This document shows, piece by piece, positions 1 through 9,268 of a stretch of DNA of 64,000 bases. The notes beneath the pieces were generated by a model that saw nothing but the letters and a program-made list of their open reading frames with translations, did not search any database and was not told the DNA's origin. Position numbers and translations under genes: made by a program. The stretch spans positions 200,565 to 264,564 of the forward strand of contig JAYPVM010000002.1 in assembly GCA_038134595.1 (NCBI GenBank). Direction: 5' to 3'. The stretch is from Pseudomonadota bacterium (lineage in GTDB: Bacteria > Bdellovibrionota_C > UBA2361 > OMII01). Position 1 is the first letter of the stretch; every line of letters begins with the position of its first letter.

Positions 1-2
1 TG

Positions 3-650
3 GGTGAGACAGCAGCTGGTCTGGCGCATGAGATTAGAAATCCACTGGGCGCCATCACTCTTTTTGTGTCTATGTTAAAAGACGATTTATCGGGGCAAGA
101 CGAGTCGCTCGCCTTGCTATCTGAAGTTGAAAAAGGCATCAAGAGTCTTGATGCGGTTGTGTCGAACGTACTCCATTTTTCGCAGGACCAGGTCACATGC
201 AGTAAGCCTTGTAATTCACATTCGATAATACAAGAGTTGGTACAACATTTTGCAAGTTTATATTCTCCTCAGTCTAGATTCGAAGCTGTGGTACATGGAA
301 ACCCGTATTTCATGGGCGATGAGCAGGGGATTCGACAGGCATTGTATAATTTGATTATCAATGCACTTCAGGCCGTGTCGTTTGCTGGCAATATCACCAT
401 ATCAGCTGATTCGGCAGACAATGCGATTATAATACGTGTTCAGGATGATGGACCGGGAATCCCAGAGGAGATTCGGGCGGGTATCTTTGATCCCTTTACA
501 TCGGGCCGCCCAGGAGGAACTGGCTTGGGACTCTCGATTGTAAGAAGAATAATCCAGGCGCATCGAGGAACAATTATCCTTGAGTCTGGCAGTCAGACCA
601 CGTTCAGTATTCAATTACCGCAGCATAATAAAACACAGGAGGGGATGTAG
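3..650 (+). CDS. Sensor histidine kinase, 5'-truncated by the window edge (FleS/FlrB-like)
   Basis: Frame is open from position 3 and gives the H-box GETAAGLAHEIRNPLG; N-box NLIINALQA, G1 DDGPGI, F-box FDPF, G2 GTGLGL. Ends 1 nt before a sigma54 response regulator. Confidence 0.9.
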   Translation, partial: GETAAGLAHEIRNPLGAITLFVSMLKDDLSGQDESLALLSEVEKGIKSLDAVVSNVLHFSQDQVTCSKPCNSHSIIQELVQHFASLYSPQSRFEAVVHGNPYFMGDEQGIRQALYNLIINALQAVSFAGNITISADSADNAIIIRVQDDGPGIPEEIRAGIFDPFTSGRPGGTGLGLSIVRRIIQAHRGTIILESGSQTTFSIQLPQHNKTQEGM

Positions 651-651
651 A

Positions 652-2100
652 ATGTCTGCTGATAAAGCAAAAGTGCCAATGGCAAAGGCAAATAGCGTCC
701 GGATTCTGGTTGTGGATGATGACCCACACATGCAAGAAGGTATCAGGGTGTCACTTTCAAGGGGTAACTATGAGATTACTGTAGCTTCCGATGGCTTAAA
801 GGCCATGGAACGGCTCGAAAAGGAAGAATACGATCTGGTTATCACAGATCAACAGATGCCGAATATGTCTGGTATTGAGCTTCTCTCAACTCTGCAACAA
901 CGAGAACTGAATGTGCCGGTCATCATGATAACCGCATATGGGACGATAACGCAGGCGGTAGAAGCGATGCAGCTTGGAGCAGCTGACTTTATAACAAAGC
1001 CATTTTCGTCACCAGATTTAATGCAGGTCGTAGAGAGAGTTCTGTCTCCGGATGTGCAAGCGTCTCGTTCCCAAGCGAGGAGGACGCAAACGGATCGACC
1101 AATCATCTCCAACGATCCTCTTATGATACGAGTTCTCGAGGTTGCCGAGGCTGTAGCTCGTAGCGAGGCTACTGTTTTAATACAGGGAGAGTCGGGGACC
1201 GGAAAAGAGCTTATGGCGCGGTTTATCCATTCGTGTAGTCTCCGTGCGCAACAGCCATTTGTTGCTGTTAATTGCGCAGCACTTCCTGAAAGCCTACTCG
1301 AAAGTGAGTTGTTTGGCCACGAGAAGGGCGCCTTCACTGGAGCGCAAGCGCGCAAGATAGGCAAGTTCGAGATGGCTCATGGCGGTACTATTTTGCTCGA
1401 TGAAATTAGCGAGATGGATCTTGCGCTACAGGCCAAACTCCTTCGGGTTCTGCAGGAGCGCGAGGTGGATAGAGTTGGTGGTCGAGACCCGATCCCAATT
1501 GATGTCAGGGTTCTTGCTACTACTAATCGAAATCTCGAAGAGACGGTTAGGGAAGGAAAGTTTCGGGCCGATCTATATTATCGTTTAAACGTTATTCCAG
1601 TAACATTGCCGCCTCTACGAGAGCGTAAGCGTGATATAAAGCTGTTGACTGAGCATTTTATGCTACAGTTTCTCGGTGATGGGGCCAGTCGCTTGCCGGA
1701 CGAGGTTCTAGAAGCTTTGTATGCACATCCTTGGCCAGGAAATATCCGAGAATTGCAAAATGCTGTGCAGCGAGCTGCGATTCTTGCGCAAGGTAATACC
1801 CCTCGCGAAACAGACTTCCTTCTGTCCATGGATCCAATCCAACAGCTTGAGGGTCTCCGCGGTTCTTTTGAAAACAGGGAACGAGAACGCTCTGTCACTA
1901 GAACCGGCAGTGCTGGAGAGACCACTCCAGTATCGGGCATTAAAATCCAGAGTGGGGTAACGGTAGAAGAGATGGAAAAAGCATTGATTCTCGAAACTCT
2001 ACGAACAACGGATGATAACCGAACAGAGGCTGCAAAGATGCTAGGTATAAGTGTTCGAACGCTACGAAATAAGCTTAACGAATACCGCACCCTAAGTTAA
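652..2100 (+). CDS. Sigma54-dependent response regulator (REC-AAA+-Fis HTH; FleR/FlrC-like)
   Basis: REC (ILVVDDD, ITDQQMP, KPF), Walker A GESGTGKE, GAFTGA, Walker B LLDEI, HTH LGISVRTLRNKL. ATG 652 follows an AGGAGGGG RBS. Confidence 0.93.
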   Translation: MSADKAKVPMAKANSVRILVVDDDPHMQEGIRVSLSRGNYEITVASDGLKAMERLEKEEYDLVITDQQMPNMSGIELLSTLQQRELNVPVIMITAYGTITQAVEAMQLGAADFITKPFSSPDLMQVVERVLSPDVQASRSQARRTQTDRPIISNDPLMIRVLEVAEAVARSEATVLIQGESGTGKELMARFIHSCSLRAQQPFVAVNCAALPESLLESELFGHEKGAFTGAQARKIGKFEMAHGGTILLDEISEMDLALQAKLLRVLQEREVDRVGGRDPIPIDVRVLATTNRNLEETVREGKFRADLYYRLNVIPVTLPPLRERKRDIKLLTEHFMLQFLGDGASRLPDEVLEALYAHPWPGNIRELQNAVQRAAILAQGNTPRETDFLLSMDPIQQLEGLRGSFENRERERSVTRTGSAGETTPVSGIKIQSGVTVEEMEKALILETLRTTDDNRTEAAKMLGISVRTLRNKLNEYRTLS

Positions 2101-2118
2101 TTACCTAAAGGGTCACCA

Positions 2119-2152
2119 CGCAGTGCGCAAGAAGGTAATCGTGCGCACTGCG
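2119..2152. terminator. Hairpin between convergent genes, probable bidirectional terminator
   Basis: Perfect 11-bp inverted repeat CGCAGTGCGCA/TGCGCACTGCG with a 12-nt loop. Confidence 0.6.
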
Positions 2153-2181
2153 ATTTAATGCATCCGATGCTTAATTTTCTG

Positions 2182-3318
2182 CTATGCGTTCGCGGCTTCC
2201 TTTTTCCTCGACTTTTTCGGGGCTTCCTCAGCTGATGTTTCACCGTCGTCTGACCCAATAGTCGCTTTCTCTGGCTCCGGCAAAGCTTCCGCCCCTTGTA
2301 GGTTGTAAGAATCCATTATGAGCGTCCGAATTTGACTAGCAATTTCGGGATTTTCTTTCAAAAACACCTTGGCACCTTCTCTGCCTTGCCCCAATCTCTC
2401 TCCTTGAAAGCTAAACCAGGCGCCGGCCTTATCAACAATACCTTTGTTGGAGCCAAGATCTAGCATTTCTCCAGTAATGCTGATTCCTTCATTAAATATA
2501 ATATCAAACTCAGCTTCCCTGAATGGAGGGGCGACTTTGTTTTTGACCACCTTAACACGAACTCGATTTCCAGTGACATCTCCCTGGTCTTTGATTGAGC
2601 CTATACGCCGAACATCAAGTCGTACCGACGAGTAAAACTTGAGTGCATTTCCTCCGGTGGTTGTTTCTGGGCTACCGAACATGACACCGATCTTCATCCG
2701 AATCTGATTGATAAAGATTATAGTCGTCTTAGATTTGGCGGTAATGGCGGTAAGCTTTCGAAGCGCTTTACTCATCAATCTGGCGTGCAAGCCTGGTTGT
2801 TGATCCGCCATTTCCCCATCAATTTCTGCGCGGGGAACGAGGGCAGCAACCGAGTCGATAACAACTAGGTCAACCGAATTCGATGAAACAAGTGCCTCGC
2901 AGATCTCCAAAGCTTGTTCACCGCAGTCAGGCTGGCTGACTAATAACTTGCTCGTGTCTACGCCAAGACGCTTGGCGTAGTTGACGTCTAACGCATGCTC
3001 TGCATCGATAAATACGACTGTTCCTCCGGCTCGTTGGACTTCGGCGGTTGTGCTAAGGGCTAGCGTCGTTTTTCCGGATGATTCCGGTCCGTAGATTTCG
3101 CAAATTCTTCCGCGGGGGATTCCTCCTATTCCGAGTGCGATGTCTAATGTGAGACTACCTGTCGAATGGCACTCAATCGATTCATCTGTTGATCCAGCAA
3201 GGTTCATTATTGCGCCCTTGCCGTATTTTTTTTCCAGAAGAGAGATAGCGCCGCTAAGAGCTTTGTCTTTCTCTTCCGATGAATCGTCGTTACTTCCAGT
3301 TCGCTGATATAGTGCCAT
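2182..3318 (-). CDS. recA: Recombinase RecA
   Basis: [62 protein letters not shown]. Confidence 0.99.
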   Translation of the reverse strand: MALYQRTGSNDDSSEEKDKALSGAISLLEKKYGKGAIMNLAGSTDESIECHSTGSLTLDIALGIGGIPRGRICEIYGPESSGKTTLALSTTAEVQRAGGTVVFIDAEHALDVNYAKRLGVDTSKLLVSQPDCGEQALEICEALVSSNSVDLVVIDSVAALVPRAEIDGEMADQQPGLHARLMSKALRKLTAITAKSKTTIIFINQIRMKIGVMFGSPETTTGGNALKFYSSVRLDVRRIGSIKDQGDVTGNRVRVKVVKNKVAPPFREAEFDIIFNEGISITGEMLDLGSNKGIVDKAGAWFSFQGERLGQGREGAKVFLKENPEIASQIRTLIMDSYNLQGAEALPEPEKATIGSDDGETSAEEAPKKSRKKEAANA

Positions 3319-3424
3319 TTTATTTCTCCTAAGGTTTTAAAAAATGTTTATTACGACCACATCCGAAGCATCGCTCTCGTCGTACTTTGAAGGATGTCAT
3401 CACACGATTACTTTGTTATACAAA

Positions 3425-4072
3425 TCAATGAAGTTCTCTCATAACACCGATAAGCCTACCTTGAATGCTTACTCGGTCCACCGTCATGGGTTGCATGGTT
3501 GGATTGGCTGGGATAAGCATAACCTGACCATTTTTTAATCGTCGATATCTTTTTAGAGTTGCTGTTCCGTCATCTAAAAGTGCAACAACTATCTGGCCGT
3601 CCTCGGCGTTTTCTTGTTTTTTAATGATGACAATATCACGGTCACAGATATGTTCGTCTATCATTGAATTTCCGCTGACCTCGAGACAATACACCTCGCC
3701 ACGGCCGTCAATCATCGCAGGCGGAATTTCGATAGTGGTTGCCTGTTCTATCGCCTCTATCGGACGGCCTGCGGCGATAACACCGACGAGTGGCACAGCA
3801 GTTGGCCCTAACTCGGGGGTAAGCCGATCGAGAATTTCTAGTAGCCCGTCGGTGCCTCTCTTTATAAAACCCTTGTTTTCTAATCTTTCTAGGTGGAAAT
3901 GGGCTGTCGACGGTGAGCGGACACCGATGTGGTCAGCGATTGCTTTAAGGGATGGGGCGTACCCCTTGTCGGCAAGAAAATTCCTTAAGAATTCAAGTGT
4001 TTGGCGTTGAACGGGAGCGAGAGTGCTTGATTGAAATGAATTTGGGTCTGTTTGGTCCTTCTTGCTTGCCAT
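3425..4072 (-). CDS. lexA: SOS repressor LexA
   Basis: N-terminal winged HTH (GYAPSLKAIA...HLERLENKGFI), Ala-Gly cleavage site (IAAGRP), catalytic Ser (VSGNSM) and Lys (ATLKR). Confidence 0.97.
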   Translation of the reverse strand: MASKKDQTDPNSFQSSTLAPVQRQTLEFLRNFLADKGYAPSLKAIADHIGVRSPSTAHFHLERLENKGFIKRGTDGLLEILDRLTPELGPTAVPLVGVIAAGRPIEAIEQATTIEIPPAMIDGRGEVYCLEVSGNSMIDEHICDRDIVIIKKQENAEDGQIVVALLDDGTATLKRYRRLKNGQVMLIPANPTMQPMTVDRVSIQGRLIGVMRELH

Positions 4073-4200
4073 GCGTTCTCCTATGAGGTTAGGCTTATTT
4101 GTTTACCATATGAAAAAAATATAGAAACCACAAGGACATTTTTTCTTTTATTGACCTTTAGAGAATTTTGAAACCGGTCGAGGTTATAAATGGGACATGA

Positions 4201-4647
4201 TTGGACTATTCGATGACTATACTGTTTAACGCAAATAGCGCCCAAGGCGACACACGTCATGAAGTACGACTTTTAGTCGTCGATGACGTGTGCGACGAGA
4301 CCGAGGCGCTCATTGAGATGGCTGATTTATATCACCCCGATTTCGTTTTTTCATGTAGGCGCGTTTCTGATGCATCTGAGGCGCTCGATACAGTCGCTGA
4401 GTGGGACCCGAGCGTGGTTTTAGTTGATCTTCACGTAGTGACAGACGCTATATCACTCGTTGAGCGACTCGCCAATTTTGGTTCGGCTGTTGTGGCCTTA
4501 AGTGAGACTAAGATTCCAGAGCTGGAGGACAGAATTAAGAAGTGCGGTGGCCGTTCTTATCTCGCTAAGAGCACCAACGTAGAAGAGATAGAAGACATAT
4601 TACATTTGCTTGGCTCGATTGCGCGGGATAGGGGAACTCATCATTAA
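4201..4647 (+). CDS. Single-domain response regulator receiver protein (start may be ATG 4213)
   Basis: RLLVVDD, PSVVLVDL (phospho-acceptor Asp), VVALS, YLAK; no output domain. Confidence 0.75.
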   Translation: MDYSMTILFNANSAQGDTRHEVRLLVVDDVCDETEALIEMADLYHPDFVFSCRRVSDASEALDTVAEWDPSVVLVDLHVVTDAISLVERLANFGSAVVALSETKIPELEDRIKKCGGRSYLAKSTNVEEIEDILHLLGSIARDRGTHH

Positions 4648-4676
4648 TAGCATCCAACCTATTTTGGAAACTGTTG

Positions 4677-4828
4677 GTTGAATCTGCGCTACGGCAAGAG
4701 TGATAGAATGAAAAAGTTCTTCGCATAAATCGATGATTGGTCTTTTTTCTGCTCGGTTAGAACATATTTATGCGAGGAGTTTTTCATCCGAGAGAAGACG
4801 GATAGGAGCGGTAATCGTGATTTTCAAC
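4677..4828 (+). ncRNA. Candidate rod-shaped structured RNA or long imperfect hairpin
   Basis: 4708-4730 pairs with 4766-4787 (about 22 bp, 2 G-U, 1 bulge); outer stem GTTGAA/TTCAAC; purine-rich internal bubble. Confidence 0.35.
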
Positions 4829-4845
4829 GCGTAAGTGTTTTCTGA

Positions 4846-6210
4846 CTATGCTTCTGGTGAGTTGTTGTCTGCCTGTACTAGTCGTTTAAATGCAGATCCA
4901 CGTTCTACGAAGTCTCGAAACATAGGAAAGCTTGGTGCCGCTGGAGACAGAAGGCAAACATGATCCTCGGGTGTTTTGGCTTTTGCGATCTTGACGGCTT
5001 CCTCAAGGGACTCTACGGAAGTTAATGTTAAAAGTTCGGAGTTAAATTGGGGGGAAGCCTCAAAAGTATTTTTTAGTCTCTCGCCGCTGGGCGGGAGGAG
5101 TAAAACGAGACGAACCCTGCTGGCAATGATGTGATCAACGAGTGAATCGAAAGAAACACCCCGGTCGAATCCACCAAGAATAAGGGTGTGCACTCTGTTA
5201 GAATAGGTCTCTAACGCATTGAGCGTTGCTTCTGGTACGGTGGAAATAGAGTCGTTGATAAAAGTAATATCGCCCGCTGTTTCGACAGGCTCTAACCGAT
5301 GGGGAAGTGGTTCGAAGGATAGTAGTCCTTCGAGTAGTAATTTAGGTGGTATATCGAAGTGTTGTATCGCTGAGAGAGCCGCTAAAGCGTTGTGATGATT
5401 GCCTGGTCCTACGATGAGCAAGTCGTTAGTGCGGCAGAGGCTGTGAACCGTACCAGTCCTATCCCTGTATGTAATCACATCTCCGTTTAGCCAAGCTGTC
5501 GAGGTGTCGCGACCGAAAATGCGCCTAGATCCTCCAGTGTTTTTCACCTCTGGTAAGTCGGCTAAAGTAGATGGAATAACGAGATAGTCTGCCTTTTCCT
5601 GGAATCTGTGAATCTTGTGTTTTGCCTCAAAATACGTTTGGAGGTTTCCATGGTGATCGAGATGCTCTGGATAGAGATTAAGCAGTACGGCACCGTGTGG
5701 TGACGTGTCTGTAAGCTCGAGCTGATAGCTGGAGAGCTCGAAAACAAACGTAGACACATCATTAGCTACAGCTGAGAGTGCGGGTACTCCGATGTTGCCG
5801 ACAAGTTTGTTAGATATATGCCCAGTGTGCAGCAGGTGAGATATGAGGCTTGAGGTTGTAGATTTTCCTTTCGTGCCGGTGACGCCAATAGTTTTGTTTC
5901 GATGAAGAGAGAGGAAGATGTTCGTTGCTGTGGTAACTCTGTGGCGTATGCTGCGTGGAATACAGTGGAGTGGTATGCCAGGACTCTTGATGATAACATC
6001 ATACGTCTCTAAAGCTTGAAGGTAGTGTGACCCCAGAATGCATTTTGAGATCAGCTCTTTTTTGGCTGGAGAGATTTTGAGCGCTGGGTTTGCATCAAGC
6101 AATGAAACGTGACGGGCTCCTGCTTGAGCCAAAAAATCAAGTGTAGCAGAACCCTCAATTCCAAATCCCACGACGCCGATATTATCTGATTCAAGATTGA
6201 TATTATGCAT
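4846..6210 (-). CDS. murD: MurD-family ligase, probably L-Glu-adding MurD2
   Basis: GFGIEG, KSPGIP, GVTGTKGKSTT, ELSSYQL, EHLDHH, LPHRLE, FINDSIST, LLSPAAPSF. ATG 6210 overlaps the murL stop by 8 nt. Confidence 0.9.
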   Translation of the reverse strand: MHNINLESDNIGVVGFGIEGSATLDFLAQAGARHVSLLDANPALKISPAKKELISKCILGSHYLQALETYDVIIKSPGIPLHCIPRSIRHRVTTATNIFLSLHRNKTIGVTGTKGKSTTSSLISHLLHTGHISNKLVGNIGVPALSAVANDVSTFVFELSSYQLELTDTSPHGAVLLNLYPEHLDHHGNLQTYFEAKHKIHRFQEKADYLVIPSTLADLPEVKNTGGSRRIFGRDTSTAWLNGDVITYRDRTGTVHSLCRTNDLLIVGPGNHHNALAALSAIQHFDIPPKLLLEGLLSFEPLPHRLEPVETAGDITFINDSISTVPEATLNALETYSNRVHTLILGGFDRGVSFDSLVDHIIASRVRLVLLLPPSGERLKNTFEASPQFNSELLTLTSVESLEEAVKIAKAKTPEDHVCLLSPAAPSFPMFRDFVERGSAFKRLVQADNNSPEA

Positions 6211-7666
6211 CAGCGGGTCCTGTGGAAGATACCGCATGTTTTAGCCACGCTTCGTATTGAGCTGGAATAAAATGATTTTCGTTCCATCGACCGAGGAGCT
6301 CTGTGAGATCGGGAAGAGTTGCGTCTAACAAGTCGTTTAATGTTGCTGCGTCACCCGGGTTGGGGGTTATCAGCGAAGGGGAGGTGCGTACGATATGCTG
6401 TAGGCACGCTCGAACTTCTTCAAAGGTACCAACGCACTCAAAAGGCTTGTGTTCTCCCGCGCCTGCTAAAGCCCTTAGGGTCTCTGGAAAGCTCTCCCTT
6501 GAGGATGGTAGTGTTCCAAATATGTCGATTAATTGATTTTCATTTAAAAAACATGCAAGGCAAAGAAATGTAAAGATACACTTTGGGCAGTGTCCGCACC
6601 ACGCGGCCTTTGGGTTCTCACCTGCTGATTTTACTCGCTCTTTGGCGGCCAAAGTTTGCGTGGTGTTGCAACTTTGAAAAATGGAGAGGTAGTCAGGGGT
6701 TGCGCAGAATAAGTTGCAGATCTGAAGTTCATTTAGGGGGCGTAGTAAGCTCGAATATGAGACGGGCACAGACAGTGCTTCCACAGTAGAGCGGAAGCTG
6801 GATTCAAATTCAAAGCTCTTAGAGTATTGATGATTTACATGCACGCCGCGAAAAAGGATGTTGCCTTCATTCGCGCTGGACTCATTAGAGGAAAAAACAT
6901 GGGAGATTCCATTCATATAAGCGGTCAAGGTGCTCGCAAACGCGACAAGCGCAGAGAACGGAGTATGACCATTTAAATAGCCCTGGGTGTTAAGGTGCAA
7001 AAGCTGAGGATCTATTTTGCGAGAGGCGACAAGAAACGAGTCGCAACCTGCTTGCTGCGTGGCAGCGATAGATGCGGAGATCGGATTTATAGAAAATGCG
7101 TGTAAGGGCACCCCGTGGTTATCTCTGTAGGCTCTTAGGAGTTCAAGAGAAACGATCGAATCCTTTCCACCGCCTACGAGAACCATTGAGGCGGCTTGTG
7201 TTGTTGGAGCTGTTGGGTGTGCAGCTGCTGGGAATGCGCCTGTGTCCTTATTGCACGCTGAAGCATCGACAGCGCAGTGAAGAGTGACATCTATGTTTGG
7301 ATCAATGTTGTTTAGAAAGAAAAATTCCCCAAGACCATCTCGAAGTAGTTGCAACCAAAAGAGGTGCTCCTTTTCAGGAAGTACATTGGCCTTGATAACT
7401 ATTTTTTCCGGACAGCATGTCTTCCAATACGAGAGTAGTTCGACGAGCCCCAATCGAAAAGCGAGGGCGTGAACGTTGCCATCGATGGTAGGAGTTTGGG
7501 CCGGAAGGCTAATTGTGGGTGTAAATAGGGGACCTCCTTCAAGTTGAAATTCGAACTGGATCCTTAACTCAGTCGGTGTTGGTGTTAGGCAATAGCTCCT
7601 GTAGGTGATGGACGGGTGGCGGTGTCGGAGGATTTCTAGCTTGGATTTTCTCGGGGATGATCTCAT
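6203..7666 (-). CDS. murL: UDP-MurNAc-L-Ala-L-Glu epimerase MurL
   Basis: GGGKDS, NGHTPFS, SNESSA, VNHQYSKSFEFE, WCGHCPKC, HKPFECVG; coupled to the murD homologue. Confidence 0.82.
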   Translation of the reverse strand: MRSSPRKSKLEILRHRHPSITYRSYCLTPTPTELRIQFEFQLEGGPLFTPTISLPAQTPTIDGNVHALAFRLGLVELLSYWKTCCPEKIVIKANVLPEKEHLFWLQLLRDGLGEFFFLNNIDPNIDVTLHCAVDASACNKDTGAFPAAAHPTAPTTQAASMVLVGGGKDSIVSLELLRAYRDNHGVPLHAFSINPISASIAATQQAGCDSFLVASRKIDPQLLHLNTQGYLNGHTPFSALVAFASTLTAYMNGISHVFSSNESSANEGNILFRGVHVNHQYSKSFEFESSFRSTVEALSVPVSYSSLLRPLNELQICNLFCATPDYLSIFQSCNTTQTLAAKERVKSAGENPKAAWCGHCPKCIFTFLCLACFLNENQLIDIFGTLPSSRESFPETLRALAGAGEHKPFECVGTFEEVRACLQHIVRTSPSLITPNPGDAATLNDLLDATLPDLTELLGRWNENHFIPAQYEAWLKHAVSSTGPADA

Positions 7667-8382
7667 AGTCGAACGCTTTTGGTACCGGTAACTTCTGTGC
7701 AAGTGCCGACTCTAATGGGGCCATGACTACTTGCGAAAGTACTATCTAAAACTACCTTAGGCGATAGGGTCTTATACAGAAAAGGTTAAAAAAATCTTTA
7801 CTGTTCCGGCCCCAAAAAATTTCTAGGTGTTATCGTCTAGAGCCATGAAAACCGCAGTCACGCTAGTTTCGAGTCTTTTCTCTGAAACCGTTAAAGACCT
7901 TATGGAGTTGTGAAGGCCAATTATCGGCTATTTAACTCCCAAATAAGGTTAGCCTTGGTAGTTTTCTCTGAGGCTCTCCTGTTACTACCTTATTTCAAGT
8001 TTTTCTACCAGTTGGTACCTATAGCTATTAATTGGGCGCGTGTTGTGCAGCTTCGCTGGGCGCTGATTCGGGAAGCTTGAAAATTCAGGTCACAAGAGTA
8101 AGTAGTAGTAATTTCTGGTATATTCCTCTGCCAAATCTGCGGGCTCTAAAGCTAGCGAGCTCACGAGCATGGCGAGAGTTGAAAATCTATGTATTGGTAT
8201 TCTCCCAGGTTTTTAAAGTTTGCTGTTAGGGCACGACCTATACATGACCAACAGTCTGTTGGAAGCTTGTCGGAGTGCGCTTGTGGTTTCGGGGTGGCGC
8301 AGTAGGTTATTAAAATAGTACAGTTTTGTTGAAGATAAATGGGCTGCTGCCCACATGATTTGGATGGGTTTCGTGAGGAAGT

Positions 8383-9204
8383 ATGTTTCGAAATGATATT
8401 AAGCGACGGTTGGCTAGCGGTTCGCTTCTTTTGTGTTTAGCGATTATTGTCAGTGGAACGAAGGCGTGTCAGCGTGATTATGACTTTGCAGGTCAAGTTA
8501 GCGTGACGCCTAATGCAACAACAGATCCCGATTCAGCTGCCGAGACCCCTACGGACACTCCCACAGAGACTCCTACAGAAACCCCAGCAGACTCGACAGT
8601 CGATGAGACTCCGACGCCTGATGTATCTATCCCAGAATCTGACACGGGTTCGTCAGACGAGGGGATTTTCACCGAGCTCTCAGCGTTAAGTCGACGGTCT
8701 GATGCAGCGGCTGTGGCAAATAGCGCGGTACAAGTTAGAGATAGTAACAATTGGCTTGGAGAGACGTTCTCAAGAGATACAGAGGACAATTGGATGGATG
8801 CAGATAATGATGGCTACAGTGACGAGCTTGAAGGACTAAGGAAATCGGATGCTCATGATGCTTCTAGTGTTCCCGAGGATTCTACGACGTCTAAGCTAGA
8901 ACAGCGAATTGCAGAGCTTGATCTATCACTTGAGGATCTTTCGAATGCTCGTGCCGAGAGTGTATTTCCCGTAGGCACGAAAGGAAATTCAGGTGTTGAC
9001 ACCGACGGCGATGGAGTTTCCGACGAGATAGAGCAGCGAATGGGTATGAATGCGTCATCGATGGACACTGATAGCGACGGGTTGCGAGATGATAGAGAGT
9101 TGGTTCTAGGGAGTAATCCGTTTTTTCCTGATACTGACCATGATGGGATATCGGATGTTCAAGAAGTGCTCGTAGGTAGTGATCCTACAATACCGGATAG
9201 ATAA
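8383..9204 (+). CDS. Probable lipoprotein with Thr/Pro linker and DxDxDG Ca-binding (TSP3-like) repeats
   Basis: Basic plus hydrophobic N-terminus ending TKA-C; ETPTDTPTETPTETP; DADNDG, DTDGDG, DTDSDG, DTDHDG repeats. Confidence 0.75.
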   Translation: MFRNDIKRRLASGSLLLCLAIIVSGTKACQRDYDFAGQVSVTPNATTDPDSAAETPTDTPTETPTETPADSTVDETPTPDVSIPESDTGSSDEGIFTELSALSRRSDAAAVANSAVQVRDSNNWLGETFSRDTEDNWMDADNDGYSDELEGLRKSDAHDASSVPEDSTTSKLEQRIAELDLSLEDLSNARAESVFPVGTKGNSGVDTDGDGVSDEIEQRMGMNASSMDTDSDGLRDDRELVLGSNPFFPDTDHDGISDVQEVLVGSDPTIPDR

Positions 9205-9268
9205 TATTAGGACGGTTGGTGCCGGAATTACCGTTTGTTAGCGACCATTTTTTCTGTGGGGTATTAAA

